From Candidatus Paracaedimonas acanthamoebae (GTDB lineage: Bacteria; Pseudomonadota; Alphaproteobacteria; Caedimonadales; Caedimonadaceae), in the NCBI GenBank assembly GCA_000743035.1, contig CP008936.1, forward strand, positions 900,001 through 932,000: DNA of 32,000 nucleotides, in the 5' to 3' direction. This document shows, one piece after another, positions 17,167 to 27,187 of the stretch; position 1 is the stretch's first letter, and each line of letters starts with the position of its first letter. The notes below the pieces were generated by a model that saw nothing but the letters and a program-made list of their open reading frames with translations, was not told the origin of the DNA and made no database searches. A program made the translations under genes and the position numbers.

Positions 17167-19080
17167 TTAGTACGCCTCTTTCCAGGCTTGAAACATCAAA
17201 ATACTCCATAATTGATGTTGATAATTTCCTTCACCTCGTAAGTGCTTATGCCATATCTGCCGAACTCCTTTAACATCAAGAAAATCACTATTTTTTAACC
17301 GTTTTTCAGATATAAATTCTTCAGTCCATGACCTTAAAGGACCTTTCAACCATTTTCCGATAGGAACGCCAAATCCCATTTTAGGGCGTTCTATAAGACT
17401 CTTAGGAATATAACGATAAAGAACTTGTCGTAAAATCCATTTTGTTACGGAGCCTCGAATTTTCATATCTACAGGAAGCCCCCAAGCAAAAGAGACAATA
17501 CGATGATCAAGAAGTGGAACACGCGCTTCAAGCCCTACAGCCATCGATGCACGATCAATTTTTACGAGAATATCATCAGGAAGGTATTTTATAAGATCCC
17601 AATATTGCATGGAATCCATAAAATTTGGGAACTGTACTTCAGAGTGAGATATATTTATTTTATTTCGTTCTAATACAAAATTAGTAGACGCTTTTCTTTG
17701 ACTTAAGCAAACCTCATAAAGTTCTTTTACATCTTTAGCTTTTAAACTATTTACAAGCTTATAGATCTTGTCTCCGGCTTGAGGTAAAAGACTTGAAGGA
17801 ATTGCTCTATTCCAGAAATCCTCACTACCTAATTTCAGGCTACCTCCTATAGTATTTCTAAACACTAAAGGTAAAAAACCATAAATTTTTTGCATTTGAG
17901 TGGCAATACGATGGCGATTATAGCCGGCAAAGAGTTCGTCCCCTCCATCTCCAGTAAGCACCACCTTAACAGATTCTTTAGCAAGCCTTGAGATCAAATA
18001 AGTTGGAATCTGAGAAGCATCTGCAAAAGGTTCATCAAAAAACTTAGGTAATTGATCTACAGTTGAGATAGCATCCTGAGACGATAGAATTAATTCATGA
18101 TGGTCTGTCTTTAAATGCTGTGCAATAGCGCGGGCGTGTTCAACTTCACTAAATTCTTCCTCTTCAAAACCGATCGAGTACGTTTTTATAGGGCGAGAAC
18201 TTAAGCTTTGCATTATAGCAACAATGGTTGAACTATCAACGCCACCAGATAAAAAAGCACCTAAAGGCACATCTGCTACCATCCGTCTTTTAACAGAGTC
18301 CTTTAAAAGATCTTCAAAATCATCAATTGCATTTTTATCGTCGTAAGATTGTCTTTCTCTTAAGTGGATCCCTTCTTGAATGATTTTTAACGGGTCCCAA
18401 AAAATTTTTCTTTTATCTTCTCCGTGCTCATTAAATGTTATAAGTGTCCCAGGTAAAAGTTTATAAATACCCTTATAAACCGTCAGAGGGGCAGGAATAA
18501 AATTATATTGAAAATAGTTACTAAGGGCCTCTAAATTAAGTTTTTTATCAAATTTATTATACGCTAATAAGGCTTTCAATTCAGATCCAAAAAGAAGAGT
18601 TTTCCCAACTCTTCCATAATACAAAGGCTTAATCCCAAGCCGATCTCGCACGAGCGTCAGCGTCTTTTCTTTCTTGTCCCATAATCCAAATGCAAACATA
18701 CCAATTAGTTGGCTCGTCGTTTCAACGACACCCCACCGAGCACAGGCTTCCAGAATCACTTCCGTATCTGAATGTCCTCGGAAATTGAGTTTCTTTTTTT
18801 CGAGTAATTGGCGAAGTTCGGCTGTATTATAGACCTCACCATTATAGACAATAACATAACGCCCATCCCTTGACGTCATAGGTTGATGACCGGCTGCAGA
18901 CAAATCTTGAATAGCAAGGCGTCTCATCCCTAACGCAATCCCTTGCTCAACTTCGCACCATGTTCCTCCATCATCCGGTCCTCGATGAAAAAGGCTCTCC
19001 GTCATTTGAGAGATTAGTTGTTCCATTAAGTTAGAAGGAATTTCTCTTGAAAAATCAAGGAACCCTGCAATACCACACAT
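17167..19080 (-). CDS. asnB: Asparagine synthetase (glutamine-hydrolysing), long AsnB type
   Basis: 637 aa. It has the N-terminal nucleophile MCGIAG (class II amidotransferase), the PP-loop SGGVDSS, and the C-terminal LWSILMFQAWKE tail common in the ~630-aa AsnB subgroup. Confidence 0.92.
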   Translation of the reverse strand: MCGIAGFLDFSREIPSNLMEQLISQMTESLFHRGPDDGGTWCEVEQGIALGMRRLAIQDLSAAGHQPMTSRDGRYVIVYNGEVYNTAELRQLLEKKKLNFRGHSDTEVILEACARWGVVETTSQLIGMFAFGLWDKKEKTLTLVRDRLGIKPLYYGRVGKTLLFGSELKALLAYNKFDKKLNLEALSNYFQYNFIPAPLTVYKGIYKLLPGTLITFNEHGEDKRKIFWDPLKIIQEGIHLRERQSYDDKNAIDDFEDLLKDSVKRRMVADVPLGAFLSGGVDSSTIVAIMQSLSSRPIKTYSIGFEEEEFSEVEHARAIAQHLKTDHHELILSSQDAISTVDQLPKFFDEPFADASQIPTYLISRLAKESVKVVLTGDGGDELFAGYNRHRIATQMQKIYGFLPLVFRNTIGGSLKLGSEDFWNRAIPSSLLPQAGDKIYKLVNSLKAKDVKELYEVCLSQRKASTNFVLERNKINISHSEVQFPNFMDSMQYWDLIKYLPDDILVKIDRASMAVGLEARVPLLDHRIVSFAWGLPVDMKIRGSVTKWILRQVLYRYIPKSLIERPKMGFGVPIGKWLKGPLRSWTEEFISEKRLKNSDFLDVKGVRQIWHKHLRGEGNYQHQLWSILMFQAWKEAY

Positions 19081-19172
19081 TTATGAACTTTTCTTTTTTG
19101 TAATTTCTGAATTTAAAAATTAGCGCGTCAGTAAAATATTGTAAATCCTTAAAAACATCAGCAATAAATAAC

Positions 19173-19829
19173 TTAGTTTTTTAAATAAATTAAATATTGT
19201 GGATATTGCTGAGCTTCTATTGCCTTCATTTCATAGCGAGTTGAAGGCCAAAAATTTGGCTTTTCTTGGCTGCAAAAATAAGGTTGAAACTTAGGAACTT
19301 CCTGAAATACTCTTTGCATATGCTCAATATACTCTGGTACATCTGAAGCAAGTCGTATCTCACCACCCTTTTTTATTATTCGACTTAATTCGCACACTAA
19401 TTTAAGGTTTATAATACGCCTTTTATGATGCTTTTTCTTAGGCCAAGGGTCAGGAAAAAGAATAAAAACTTTTTGAATAGAGTTATCAGGCAACTCCTGA
19501 AGTAAGAGCCGTACATCATCCGGAAATAAACGCACATTATTAAGCTGTTTTTCTGAACGATACTGTAAAAATGAGGCAACACCATTCATAAAGGCTTCAG
19601 CCCCAATAAACCCTACTTCTGCATTCTGCTCAGCTAATACTGCTAAATGTTCTCCTCCACCAAACCCAATCTCAAGCCAGACTTCTTGAGTATTTGGAAA
19701 TAGCATTTTTAAATCTAAAGGAAATTCAATTTTATAAAGCTCTAAAGCTTTTAGAAATTCTTTTTTTTGTTTTTTTAAAGGGCGACCTTTGCGTCGGCCA
19801 TAAAATTTATCGACTGTTTGCATTGACAT
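19173..19829 (-). CDS. trmB: tRNA (guanine46-N7)-methyltransferase
   Basis: 218 aa with EIGFGGGEH (SAM site) and FPDPWPKKKHHKRR motifs. Confidence 0.92.
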   Translation of the reverse strand: MSMQTVDKFYGRRKGRPLKKQKKEFLKALELYKIEFPLDLKMLFPNTQEVWLEIGFGGGEHLAVLAEQNAEVGFIGAEAFMNGVASFLQYRSEKQLNNVRLFPDDVRLLLQELPDNSIQKVFILFPDPWPKKKHHKRRIINLKLVCELSRIIKKGGEIRLASDVPEYIEHMQRVFQEVPKFQPYFCSQEKPNFWPSTRYEMKAIEAQQYPQYLIYLKN

Positions 19830-19832
19830 TCT

Positions 19833-21416
19833 TTACTTAACATTTCTTTTTGCGCATCTTTTCTGCCTAAAGAAACCACAAAAAAATAACAATGAGAAAA
19901 AGCCTAAAAGACCAAAAAAAATACGATCACCATACAGAGAATAAACTGTTGGTGAAGATGATGGTAGAGGCAGTTCTGTATCAATAATGCCTGCCGTGTC
20001 TAAAGGTAAACTTGCTTTAACACGCCCATAAGCATCAATGACAGCAGAAATTCCTGTATTTGCAACACGCATATAAGGTAAACCTTCTTCAATAGCACGA
20101 GCCCGATTGATAGCAAGATGCTGATAAGGGCCCGAAGTTGGACCATACCAAGCATCGTTTGTTGCATTATAAATCCATTGAGGTCGTTCCCCTTGTTTTT
20201 CTTTGACTTCTCCTGGAAAAATTCCTTCATAACAGACAAGAGGACTAAATGGAGGAAATCCTGTAACTTTAATCGTCCTAGGACCAGTTCCTGATGAAAA
20301 ATCAATAGAGCCAACCGTCACTTTTTTAATAAATTTTGGGAAAAACGAACGCATAGGAATGTATTCACCAAATGGAACTAAGTGACTTTTGTCATAGATA
20401 TCTTTAATTTCTCCTTCTGATGTTACAATAAATATACTGTTCCAAGCTTTGATGTTAGAGGCTGAATACTTTTTAAGATGAATACCTCCTGTCATCAACA
20501 ATCCTCGAGGAGGGATAACACTTGCTAAACGTTCACGACGCTTATGGTCATATTCAAGAAGAAAAGGAATTGCAGATTCAGGCCACAAAACATGCGTAAT
20601 TTTCTTTTTAGCAGGTGAATTTGTAAGCGTTAAGATACGCTCAAAATTTTTATCTGCGTATCCGCGATCCCATTTCAGTTTTTGAGGGATGTTAGGTTGT
20701 ACGAGCCTTAAATTGATACCTGGAACTGCTGCCTCTTCCACAGAAAGGAGACGCCATTTACCACTCCCCCAAAGACTTACTAAAAGAGTAAACGCGAATA
20801 AAGAATAAGAAATACCTCTTTTAGTGGATTCTGATGTTAAGGCACAATATAATAACGTCGCAATAAAAACAGTTATAAGACCTAAGCCATAAATGCCAAA
20901 GATTGATAAACTTTGGCTGATTGATTCATAAGGTATCCAAGTATAAGCAATAAGATTCCACGGTAACCCTGTAAACAAATGGCCTCTGAGCCACTCGAAA
21001 ACAACCCAAGAAATGCTAAAAAAAATTGCTTGCACTAAGCCTTTAATCTGCAAGATTTTCGTTAACAATGTAACTGGGGCAATAAAAAAACTTAAAATAG
21101 CTGGAAGCCCTAAGACAGCAAAAGGAATAAGCCAACCAAATTGCTTCAGGTCCACCCCTAATGAAAATGCAATCCAATAGAGACCAGTTGTAAAATGCCC
21201 AAAACCAAACCACCAACCAATTGCAAAAGCGTGTTTCCAAGAAGTTGATTGAGAGTTATTAACAAGCCACAAAAGACCAAAAATTGAAAAAAACACTATG
21301 AAAAACCAAGAAAATGGTTCAAAAGCTAGAGTTCCAAGCGCTCCTAAGAGAAAAGCTGCAGTAAAAATCTTCCAAGGCCGTGCATTTATTAATAAGGTTA
21401 ACATCACACTAATCAT
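19833..21416 (-). CDS. lnt: Apolipoprotein N-acyltransferase
   Basis: 527 aa with a multi-TM N-terminus and a CN-hydrolase domain carrying VLWPESA (Glu), KSHLVPFGEYIP (Lys) and LVCYEGIFP (Cys). Confidence 0.92.
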   Translation of the reverse strand: MISVMLTLLINARPWKIFTAAFLLGALGTLAFEPFSWFFIVFFSIFGLLWLVNNSQSTSWKHAFAIGWWFGFGHFTTGLYWIAFSLGVDLKQFGWLIPFAVLGLPAILSFFIAPVTLLTKILQIKGLVQAIFFSISWVVFEWLRGHLFTGLPWNLIAYTWIPYESISQSLSIFGIYGLGLITVFIATLLYCALTSESTKRGISYSLFAFTLLVSLWGSGKWRLLSVEEAAVPGINLRLVQPNIPQKLKWDRGYADKNFERILTLTNSPAKKKITHVLWPESAIPFLLEYDHKRRERLASVIPPRGLLMTGGIHLKKYSASNIKAWNSIFIVTSEGEIKDIYDKSHLVPFGEYIPMRSFFPKFIKKVTVGSIDFSSGTGPRTIKVTGFPPFSPLVCYEGIFPGEVKEKQGERPQWIYNATNDAWYGPTSGPYQHLAINRARAIEEGLPYMRVANTGISAVIDAYGRVKASLPLDTAGIIDTELPLPSSSPTVYSLYGDRIFFGLLGFFSLLFFCGFFRQKRCAKRNVK

Positions 21417-22240
21417 CTAGGAGGAAGTTTAATTCTTACCGTGGTAACTCGTCGAGGGCTTGCATCAAGGATTTCGAATAAAACACCCGAGCTATGCTTA
21501 ATTACTTCTTTTTGACCAGGAACACGACCTGTTATATACATCACAAGCCCTCCCACCGTATCGATGTCTTCCTCTCGTTCTTCGTCCGTTAAAATAGAAC
21601 CTATCTCTTCTTCTAAATCTTGGATTAATAGCCGAGCATCTACAATATAAGTTCTACTATTTTCTTTCGTTAACTGAGCTGAAATTTCAGGAGTATGTCC
21701 ATCTTGAAGATCTCCTAAAACTTCACGAATAACATCCCAAGAAGTTACCAAGCCATCAATCCCCCCATACTCATCGACAACTAATGCTATGGGAATTTGA
21801 GTGGCACGCATTTGCAATAAGAGATCAAGTAAACGCATAGAAGGAGGTACAAAGAGTACTTGTTGCAATATCTTTCGCACATCAAAATCTTTTATTTTTG
21901 ACCAAATAGCGACATCTTTCGCATGTATGTAACCCAAAACATCATCCAAAGTTGTATGGTAAACAGGAAACCTTGTAAACGGTTTTTCACTCATTAATTT
22001 AGTAAGCTCTTTAAACGAAATATCATGAGGTATTGAGACAATATCAGCACGAGGGATCATTACATCATCTACAGTAAGATCTTTTAATGAAAGTGTATTA
22101 GAAAGTAAGATGCGCTCTTCTTCATTTAGAGATGATTCTTCTTTAGGAGACTCTTGAATTAACTCAGTTATTGTTTTCCTGACAGATTCATTTCGCCGCG
22201 TTAATAATTTTTCAAATATCCCCTTCACTTTTTTAAACAC
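21413..22240 (-). CDS. corC: CorC/TlyC-family protein (CBS pair plus CorC_HlyC domain)
   Basis: 275 aa with CBS-pair sequences (VMIPRADIV..., PIALVVDEYGGIDGLVTSWDV) and a C-terminal transporter-associated domain. It has a 4-bp overlap with lnt and an 8-bp overlap with ybeY. Confidence 0.88.
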   Translation of the reverse strand: MFKKVKGIFEKLLTRRNESVRKTITELIQESPKEESSLNEEERILLSNTLSLKDLTVDDVMIPRADIVSIPHDISFKELTKLMSEKPFTRFPVYHTTLDDVLGYIHAKDVAIWSKIKDFDVRKILQQVLFVPPSMRLLDLLLQMRATQIPIALVVDEYGGIDGLVTSWDVIREVLGDLQDGHTPEISAQLTKENSRTYIVDARLLIQDLEEEIGSILTDEEREEDIDTVGGLVMYITGRVPGQKEVIKHSSGVLFEILDASPRRVTTVRIKLPPR

Positions 22241-22727
22241 TGGTCATCTCCTCTCCAATATAAGGGTTTGATATACTAAAATAATTTAAAAGCTTCTTTT
22301 CAAGCTCTTCCATAACAAATGCTTCTTTCTCAGTTTCATGATCATACCCTAATAAATGCAAAGTCCCATGAATCATAAGATGAGCTAAATGATCTTGAAG
22401 TTTCTTTTCCTGCTCTTTTGATTCATAAAGAATGGTATTATATGCAAGAATAATATCGCCATATAGTGGTTTTACATTGTATATAAATGAAAGTACATTA
22501 GTAGGCTTATTATTTCCTCGATACTTAAAATTTAGCTGTTGGATAACAGCATCATTTACAAATGAAACTGAGATTTCATAAATCTCTTTTTTTTCATGTT
22601 CAAGAACATACTTGATAATTTTAGAAGTAAATTTTTTTAAATCTAAATCTAAGCCATTCCATTCTTTATCTTTAATATGAACGGTAAGCTCTTTTAAATT
22701 ATTCTCAAAGGGGATGAGTGATGACAA
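22233..22727 (-). CDS. ybeY: rRNA maturation endoribonuclease YbeY
   Basis: 164 aa with the zinc motif HGTLHLLGYDH. Confidence 0.92.
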   Translation of the reverse strand: MSSLIPFENNLKELTVHIKDKEWNGLDLDLKKFTSKIIKYVLEHEKKEIYEISVSFVNDAVIQQLNFKYRGNNKPTNVLSFIYNVKPLYGDIILAYNTILYESKEQEKKLQDHLAHLMIHGTLHLLGYDHETEKEAFVMEELEKKLLNYFSISNPYIGEEMTSV

Positions 22728-22756
22728 ATAAGCCGCCTTAATTTGAATTGCTTATT

Positions 22757-23716
22757 TTATTTATCATATGCTCGCACTATCTTGCTAACAAGAGGATGAC
22801 GAACAACATCATTCTCATTAAAATAATTAATAGCAATCCCATTTATATTATTCAATTTTTCAATCGAATCTTTTAAACCGCTTATATTTCCGGGTGGCAA
22901 ATCAATTTGTGATAAATCCCCCGTTATTACCATTCTAGAATCTTCTCCCATACGGGTTAAAAACATTTTCATTTGAGAAATTGTTGTATTCTGTGCTTCA
23001 TCCAAAATAATATAAGCCTTCGAGAGAGTTCTTCCGCGCATAAAAGCGAGTGGAGCAATTTCTATTTCTCCTGAAGTTAATCGTTTATTCACTTGCTCAG
23101 ACGGCAGCATATCGTAAAGTGCATCGTAAAGAGGACGCAAATAAGGATCAACTTTTTCTTTTAAATCCCCTGGAAGAAATCCTAATCTTTCTCCAGCTTC
23201 AACAGCTGGCCTTGATAAAATAATTCGTTGGATTTGACCTGCCAATAGCGCAGATACAGCTGTCGCCACAGCTAAATAGGTTTTTCCTGTACCAGCTGGA
23301 CCAATTGCAAATACTAAATCATTTCTTTGCAATGCATGAATGTAATTTGTTTGGCCTGGTGTTCTAGGGCTAATAACGCGACGACGCGTAGGTATTATTA
23401 CTTCAAAAGATTCTTGTACTTGAGATTCTAAATTAACACCGCTTGCAACACTCATCCTTAATGCTGTATCCACTTCTGCAGTACTCACAACAAAACCTTT
23501 TTTCAATCTTTCATAAAGACGATTAAGGACATTTTGTGCAGCAACAACACCACCGGATTCTCCTGTGATAATTAATTGATTACCTCGTGCTTTAATAAGC
23601 ACACCTAAATTATTCTCAATTTTAAGTAAATATTGATCACGTTCACCAAACAAAAGAGGAAGGAGACGATTATCATCAAATTCTACATCAAGTGTAATAT
23701 GACTATTATTCCCCAT
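22757..23716 (-). CDS. ybeZ: PhoH-like ATPase (YbeZ)
   Basis: 319 aa with Walker A GPAGTGKTYLAVA and ILDEAQN. It occupies the conserved position between miaB and ybeY. Confidence 0.92.
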   Translation of the reverse strand: MGNNSHITLDVEFDDNRLLPLLFGERDQYLLKIENNLGVLIKARGNQLIITGESGGVVAAQNVLNRLYERLKKGFVVSTAEVDTALRMSVASGVNLESQVQESFEVIIPTRRRVISPRTPGQTNYIHALQRNDLVFAIGPAGTGKTYLAVATAVSALLAGQIQRIILSRPAVEAGERLGFLPGDLKEKVDPYLRPLYDALYDMLPSEQVNKRLTSGEIEIAPLAFMRGRTLSKAYIILDEAQNTTISQMKMFLTRMGEDSRMVITGDLSQIDLPPGNISGLKDSIEKLNNINGIAINYFNENDVVRHPLVSKIVRAYDK

Positions 23717-23748
23717 TGTTAAAGTCTCTCCCTTCCTAATTCACCAAA

Positions 23749-25137
23749 TTATATGGCGATTTTCTCTTGCGTTATGACTGTACCTGTCAAACTATTTTGG
23801 CTTGCATGCGTGACCAATATATTTACACATTGTCCAATTAAACGTGGCGCAGCTTCAACATAAACAGACTGCAAATAAGGGCTTCTCCCCATCAATTGCC
23901 CAGGATGACGCCCCTGTTTTTCAAAAAGTACAGAGATACTCTTCCCTATAAAAGATTGATTAAATGCTGTCTGTTGTTCAAATAATAAAGATTGTAGTCG
24001 TGCAAGACGTTCTGTTTTTACTTCTTCTGGCACTTGATCGTCTAACACCGAGGCGGGAGTTCCTGGACGAGGACTATACTTGAAAGAAAAAGCAGAGGCA
24101 AAATTTACCTTTGCTACAAGCTCGAGTGTATCTTCAAAATCTTTGTCTGTTTCACCAGGGTAACCTACAATAAAATCTGAAGAAAATGCAATATCGGGTC
24201 GTGCCGATCTAAGCTTCCCAATAACATCTAAATAATATGAGGCAGTATGCTTACGATTCATCAGTTTAAGTATTCGATCAGATCCTGATTGAATAGGTAA
24301 GTGCAAATATGGCATAAGCTTTTCAATATCGCGATGTGCATTAATTTGCTCTTCATTCACATCTGCGGGATGCGAGGTTACATACCGTATTCGTTTAAGC
24401 GCTTGAATTTTTGAAAGGTATTGTATGAGCCTTCCTAGAGTCCAACCTTCTCTATCAGAAAATGTACCATGGTATGCATTCACATTTTGTCCAAGAAGTG
24501 TAATTTCTTGCACTCCCTTTTCAACGAGCCGACAAGCTTCTTCATAAATAGTTTCAACTGGCCTGGAATATTCTGCACCTCTTGTATAAGGAACAACACA
24601 AAAATGACAAAACTTATCACAACCTTCTTGGATTGAGAGAAATGCAGATACACTCTGAGGTTCCGCAGATTCTGGCAAGAAATCAAATTTACTCTCAACA
24701 GGAAAATCTATCTCTAAAATACCTCGTCCAGGACCCTCGCCTACTACGGTCTTTCTTTCTATTTCTGCCAGAATTTGTGGCAGCCGGTAGTAACTTTGGG
24801 GACCTACTATTACATCAACATATTTTGCGCGTCTGAGAATTTCTTCTCCCTCAGCTTGAGCTGTGCAACCAGCAACCGCAATAACCATATTTTGATCTTT
24901 TAATCTTTTTGCTTCTTTATACTCTCGAATACGACCTAATTCAGAGTAAACTTTCTCACTGGCTTTTTCACGAATATGACAGGTATTTAAGATTACCATA
25001 TCAGCGTCTTCAGGTAACTCCGTTATTATAAATCCTAGAGGTTTCAACAAGTCTGCCATACGTTCTGAATCATAAACGTTCATTTGGCATCCATAAGTTT
25101 TAATATATAATTTTTTTTTCTTCTTTATATTAGGCAT
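23749..25137 (-). CDS. miaB: tRNA-i6A37 methylthiotransferase MiaB
   Basis: 462 aa with the UPF0004 N-domain (KTYGCQMN), the radical-SAM cluster CDKFCHFC and a TRAM C-terminus. Confidence 0.95.
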   Translation of the reverse strand: MPNIKKKKKLYIKTYGCQMNVYDSERMADLLKPLGFIITELPEDADMVILNTCHIREKASEKVYSELGRIREYKEAKRLKDQNMVIAVAGCTAQAEGEEILRRAKYVDVIVGPQSYYRLPQILAEIERKTVVGEGPGRGILEIDFPVESKFDFLPESAEPQSVSAFLSIQEGCDKFCHFCVVPYTRGAEYSRPVETIYEEACRLVEKGVQEITLLGQNVNAYHGTFSDREGWTLGRLIQYLSKIQALKRIRYVTSHPADVNEEQINAHRDIEKLMPYLHLPIQSGSDRILKLMNRKHTASYYLDVIGKLRSARPDIAFSSDFIVGYPGETDKDFEDTLELVAKVNFASAFSFKYSPRPGTPASVLDDQVPEEVKTERLARLQSLLFEQQTAFNQSFIGKSISVLFEKQGRHPGQLMGRSPYLQSVYVEAAPRLIGQCVNILVTHASQNSLTGTVITQEKIAI

Positions 25138-25188
25138 CTTAAACTATAAAATTTCTAGTAATCTTGTCATATTCTATTATAGGTTAAA

Positions 25189-25227
25189 TTAAAAATAAAA
25201 GCGCGGCTTATAGAGAGCCACGCTTTT
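25189..25227 (-). terminator. Rho-independent terminator downstream of mucR
   Basis: The minus-strand RNA reads AGCGUGGCU-cucuaua-AGCCGCGCU, a 9-bp stem with one G-U (arms 25200-25208 / 25216-25224), followed by UUUUAUUUUU. Confidence 0.7.
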
Positions 25228-25248
25228 ATTTTTGAGCATTCTTAAAAA

Positions 25249-25689
25249 TTAAGCTGCTTCGGCTTCACGGCGCTTACGACCTAGACCTATTTTCATCGCC
25301 AAAAAACTCCTCTGCTTCGCATAATTAGGAGCAACCATTGGATAATCAGGTCCTAGTCCCCAACGTTCACGATATTGTTCTGGGGTCATATTATAAGCAG
25401 TTTTCAGATGGCGCTTCAACATTTTTAACTTTTTCCCATCTTCCAAACACACAATATATTCATCATTGATGGACTTCTTAACAGGAACCGCTGGTTCAGG
25501 ACGATCAACAAACCCTGTTGACTGGCCAGTTAGTTCGTTCAAAGTAGAAGAAACTTGCTTGAGCAGGCGAGGAAGCTCATTAATATCAATAGTATTATGA
25601 GACACATAAGCAGAAACGATATCAGTAGTCATACTGAGTAGCTCAAAGGATTGAGTATCATTTACGGGCTTATTAAGAGAGTTTGTCAT
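25249..25689 (-). CDS. mucR: Ros/MucR family transcriptional regulator
   Basis: 146 aa. IVCLEDGKKLKMLKRHLKTAYNMTPEQYRERWGLGPDYPMVAPNYAKQRSFLAMKIGLG is colinear with Agrobacterium Ros ([59 protein letters not shown], from memory). Confidence 0.88.
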   Translation of the reverse strand: MTNSLNKPVNDTQSFELLSMTTDIVSAYVSHNTIDINELPRLLKQVSSTLNELTGQSTGFVDRPEPAVPVKKSINDEYIVCLEDGKKLKMLKRHLKTAYNMTPEQYRERWGLGPDYPMVAPNYAKQRSFLAMKIGLGRKRREAEAA

Positions 25690-25846
25690 TGTATTTCCTT
25701 TCTTGTTTTTTTACTTATTTTTTATTTGATTGCTTTAAAAAAAGCTCCTCACTTAACTAAATGATTCCCTTTTTATATATTTGTATCTTTGTTGAATGGT
25801 TTAGAATATTTATTTTAAATAATCAAGCAATTTTTTATAAATTAAA

Positions 25847-26308
25847 TTAATTATTCAATTTGATTTCTAAAAGTAACGCGTCAGCTTGGCTTTTATCATT
25901 TAATAAATAATAATTTTTTCGTCGCCCATAGGTATTAAAATTTAAACTTTTATATAATAAAAGTGCTTCTTTATTATATTCATTTACCTCTAAAAGTAGT
26001 CTCTTCGCATCTTTTATAAAAAGCTTATTTATTGCTGTCTTTATTAATTCTTTTCCAATACCTTGTCGTCTACAATTTTCTAAAACACATAAAGTTAATA
26101 TTTCTGCATCATCAATAATATACTGTAATAAAATAAATCCATATAGCTGCTCTTCTGAAGACACGGCCTTAAAACCAAAAATCCCAGGACTTTCCGTAAC
26201 AAGAATTTCAAATTCATTTTTTGACCAGGGGCGCTCAAAAGCAGACGCATGCAGAATTGAAGCTTGCTCACATATTTCAAAATTAAAGGATACTATTTTA
26301 TAGTCCAC
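25847..26308 (-). CDS. rimI: GNAT acetyltransferase, RimI-like (ribosomal-protein-alanine N-acetyltransferase)
   Basis: 153 aa with GNAT motif A CRRQGIGKELI. It has a GTG start overlapping the tsaB stop by 1 nt, in the conserved tsaB-rimI pairing. Confidence 0.8.
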   Translation of the reverse strand: MDYKIVSFNFEICEQASILHASAFERPWSKNEFEILVTESPGIFGFKAVSSEEQLYGFILLQYIIDDAEILTLCVLENCRRQGIGKELIKTAINKLFIKDAKRLLLEVNEYNKEALLLYKSLNFNTYGRRKNYYLLNDKSQADALLLEIKLNN

Positions 26309-26955
26309 TATAGTTTAGGCTGTGTTATATCAGGTGACCGTAAATAAAACGGCTTATCATCATTGTAATAATTTGTTTTTAAATTTTTTAATGCAATTTC
26401 TATTAGGGTTTCGGCTCTAGGCATTCTTGTATCTATTGTGACATTTCGTTTGTTAGCCACAAGATCTTGAACAAGTATAGCACCATCTCCTATAATTAAA
26501 GTAGGGTCAGATGTTATAAGCTCAGCAATCTCCTTCCCTGTAAGTAATTTAGGTTCTTGGCCTTTTGATGCATATTTTTTGCAGAATAACTCTTCTCGTT
26601 GGGAATTCAAAACAACATATATTTCTTCATATTTTTGTTTCTCTCTCACTGTCTCAAAAATCCAATCAAAAGAGTTCAATGTAATTAGGGGAATCCCCAA
26701 CGCTAATCGGAAACCACGCGCTAAAGAAAGACCAACGCGCACCCCTGTAAATGAACCAGGTCCAAGTGTTGTTGAAATCAGATTAATATCTTTGAAATCT
26801 ATATTAATTTCTTGCAAAGCTTCAATAATTAAAGGAAGCGCTTTAGTATCTTGCCCTCGCACCTCATTCACTTCTCGGAATGCTCTCTCTTTATTGCAGT
26901 TTTGTGCTGCAATTGAGAGAGAAAAATTTGCACATTCAAACGCTAAAATATTCAC
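26308..26955 (-). CDS. tsaB: tRNA t6A37 biosynthesis protein TsaB (YeaZ)
   Basis: 215 aa with an ASKHA-fold N-terminus ILAFECA...SLSIA and GPGSFTGVRVGLSLARG. Confidence 0.85.
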   Translation of the reverse strand: MNILAFECANFSLSIAAQNCNKERAFREVNEVRGQDTKALPLIIEALQEINIDFKDINLISTTLGPGSFTGVRVGLSLARGFRLALGIPLITLNSFDWIFETVREKQKYEEIYVVLNSQREELFCKKYASKGQEPKLLTGKEIAELITSDPTLIIGDGAILVQDLVANKRNVTIDTRMPRAETLIEIALKNLKTNYYNDDKPFYLRSPDITQPKL

Positions 26956-27187
26956 AATAATTTTGATTTATAATAAAAACTTAAGCTATTCCAGCACAAT
27001 TAATCGCTAAAGTAAAGAAAACATCCAGTGAACACTCTATGAGAAAAACCCTCTACTCTCATGCGCCTCTTTGTGTAGAATGGCATTAAATAAGGAAAAG
27101 GTTATTTACCTCAATAATATTATGAGAAACAATTAACTAAAGAACTTTGGTATGCTATTTTCCCTCTACTAGAAGAGGAAATAATCA

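Noticed and set aside
17167-19080. AsnB homologue as a lasso-peptide cyclase, or the core of a RiPP cluster with the nearby ABC exporter
   Set aside because: The protein keeps the N-terminal Cys nucleophile (MCGIAG) and the full glutaminase domain of true asparagine synthetases. No B-type (transglutaminase-like or PqqD) gene is present. The neighbours are separated by pseudogene debris and lie in separate transcription units.
20000-21240. Same-strand, alternative-frame ORFs 20000..20314 and 21043..21240 inside lnt
   Set aside because: These are out-of-frame ORFs within a gene whose main frame carries all CN-hydrolase motifs.
24480-24836. ORFs 24480..24698 (-) and 24582..24836 (+) inside miaB
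   Set aside because: These are alternative-frame and antisense ORFs within a well-supported gene.
26095-27010. ORFs 26095..26280 (-) inside rimI and 26579..27010 (+) antisense to tsaB
   Set aside because: These are shadow ORFs. The tsaB and rimI frames carry the family motifs.
26956-27187. Gene-orientation switch (minus-strand genes to the left, mostly plus-strand to the right) as a replication origin
   Set aside because: No TTATCCACA-like DnaA boxes in this 232-bp spacer, and no dnaA, hemE or parAB-type marker genes nearby. It is simply a divergent promoter region.
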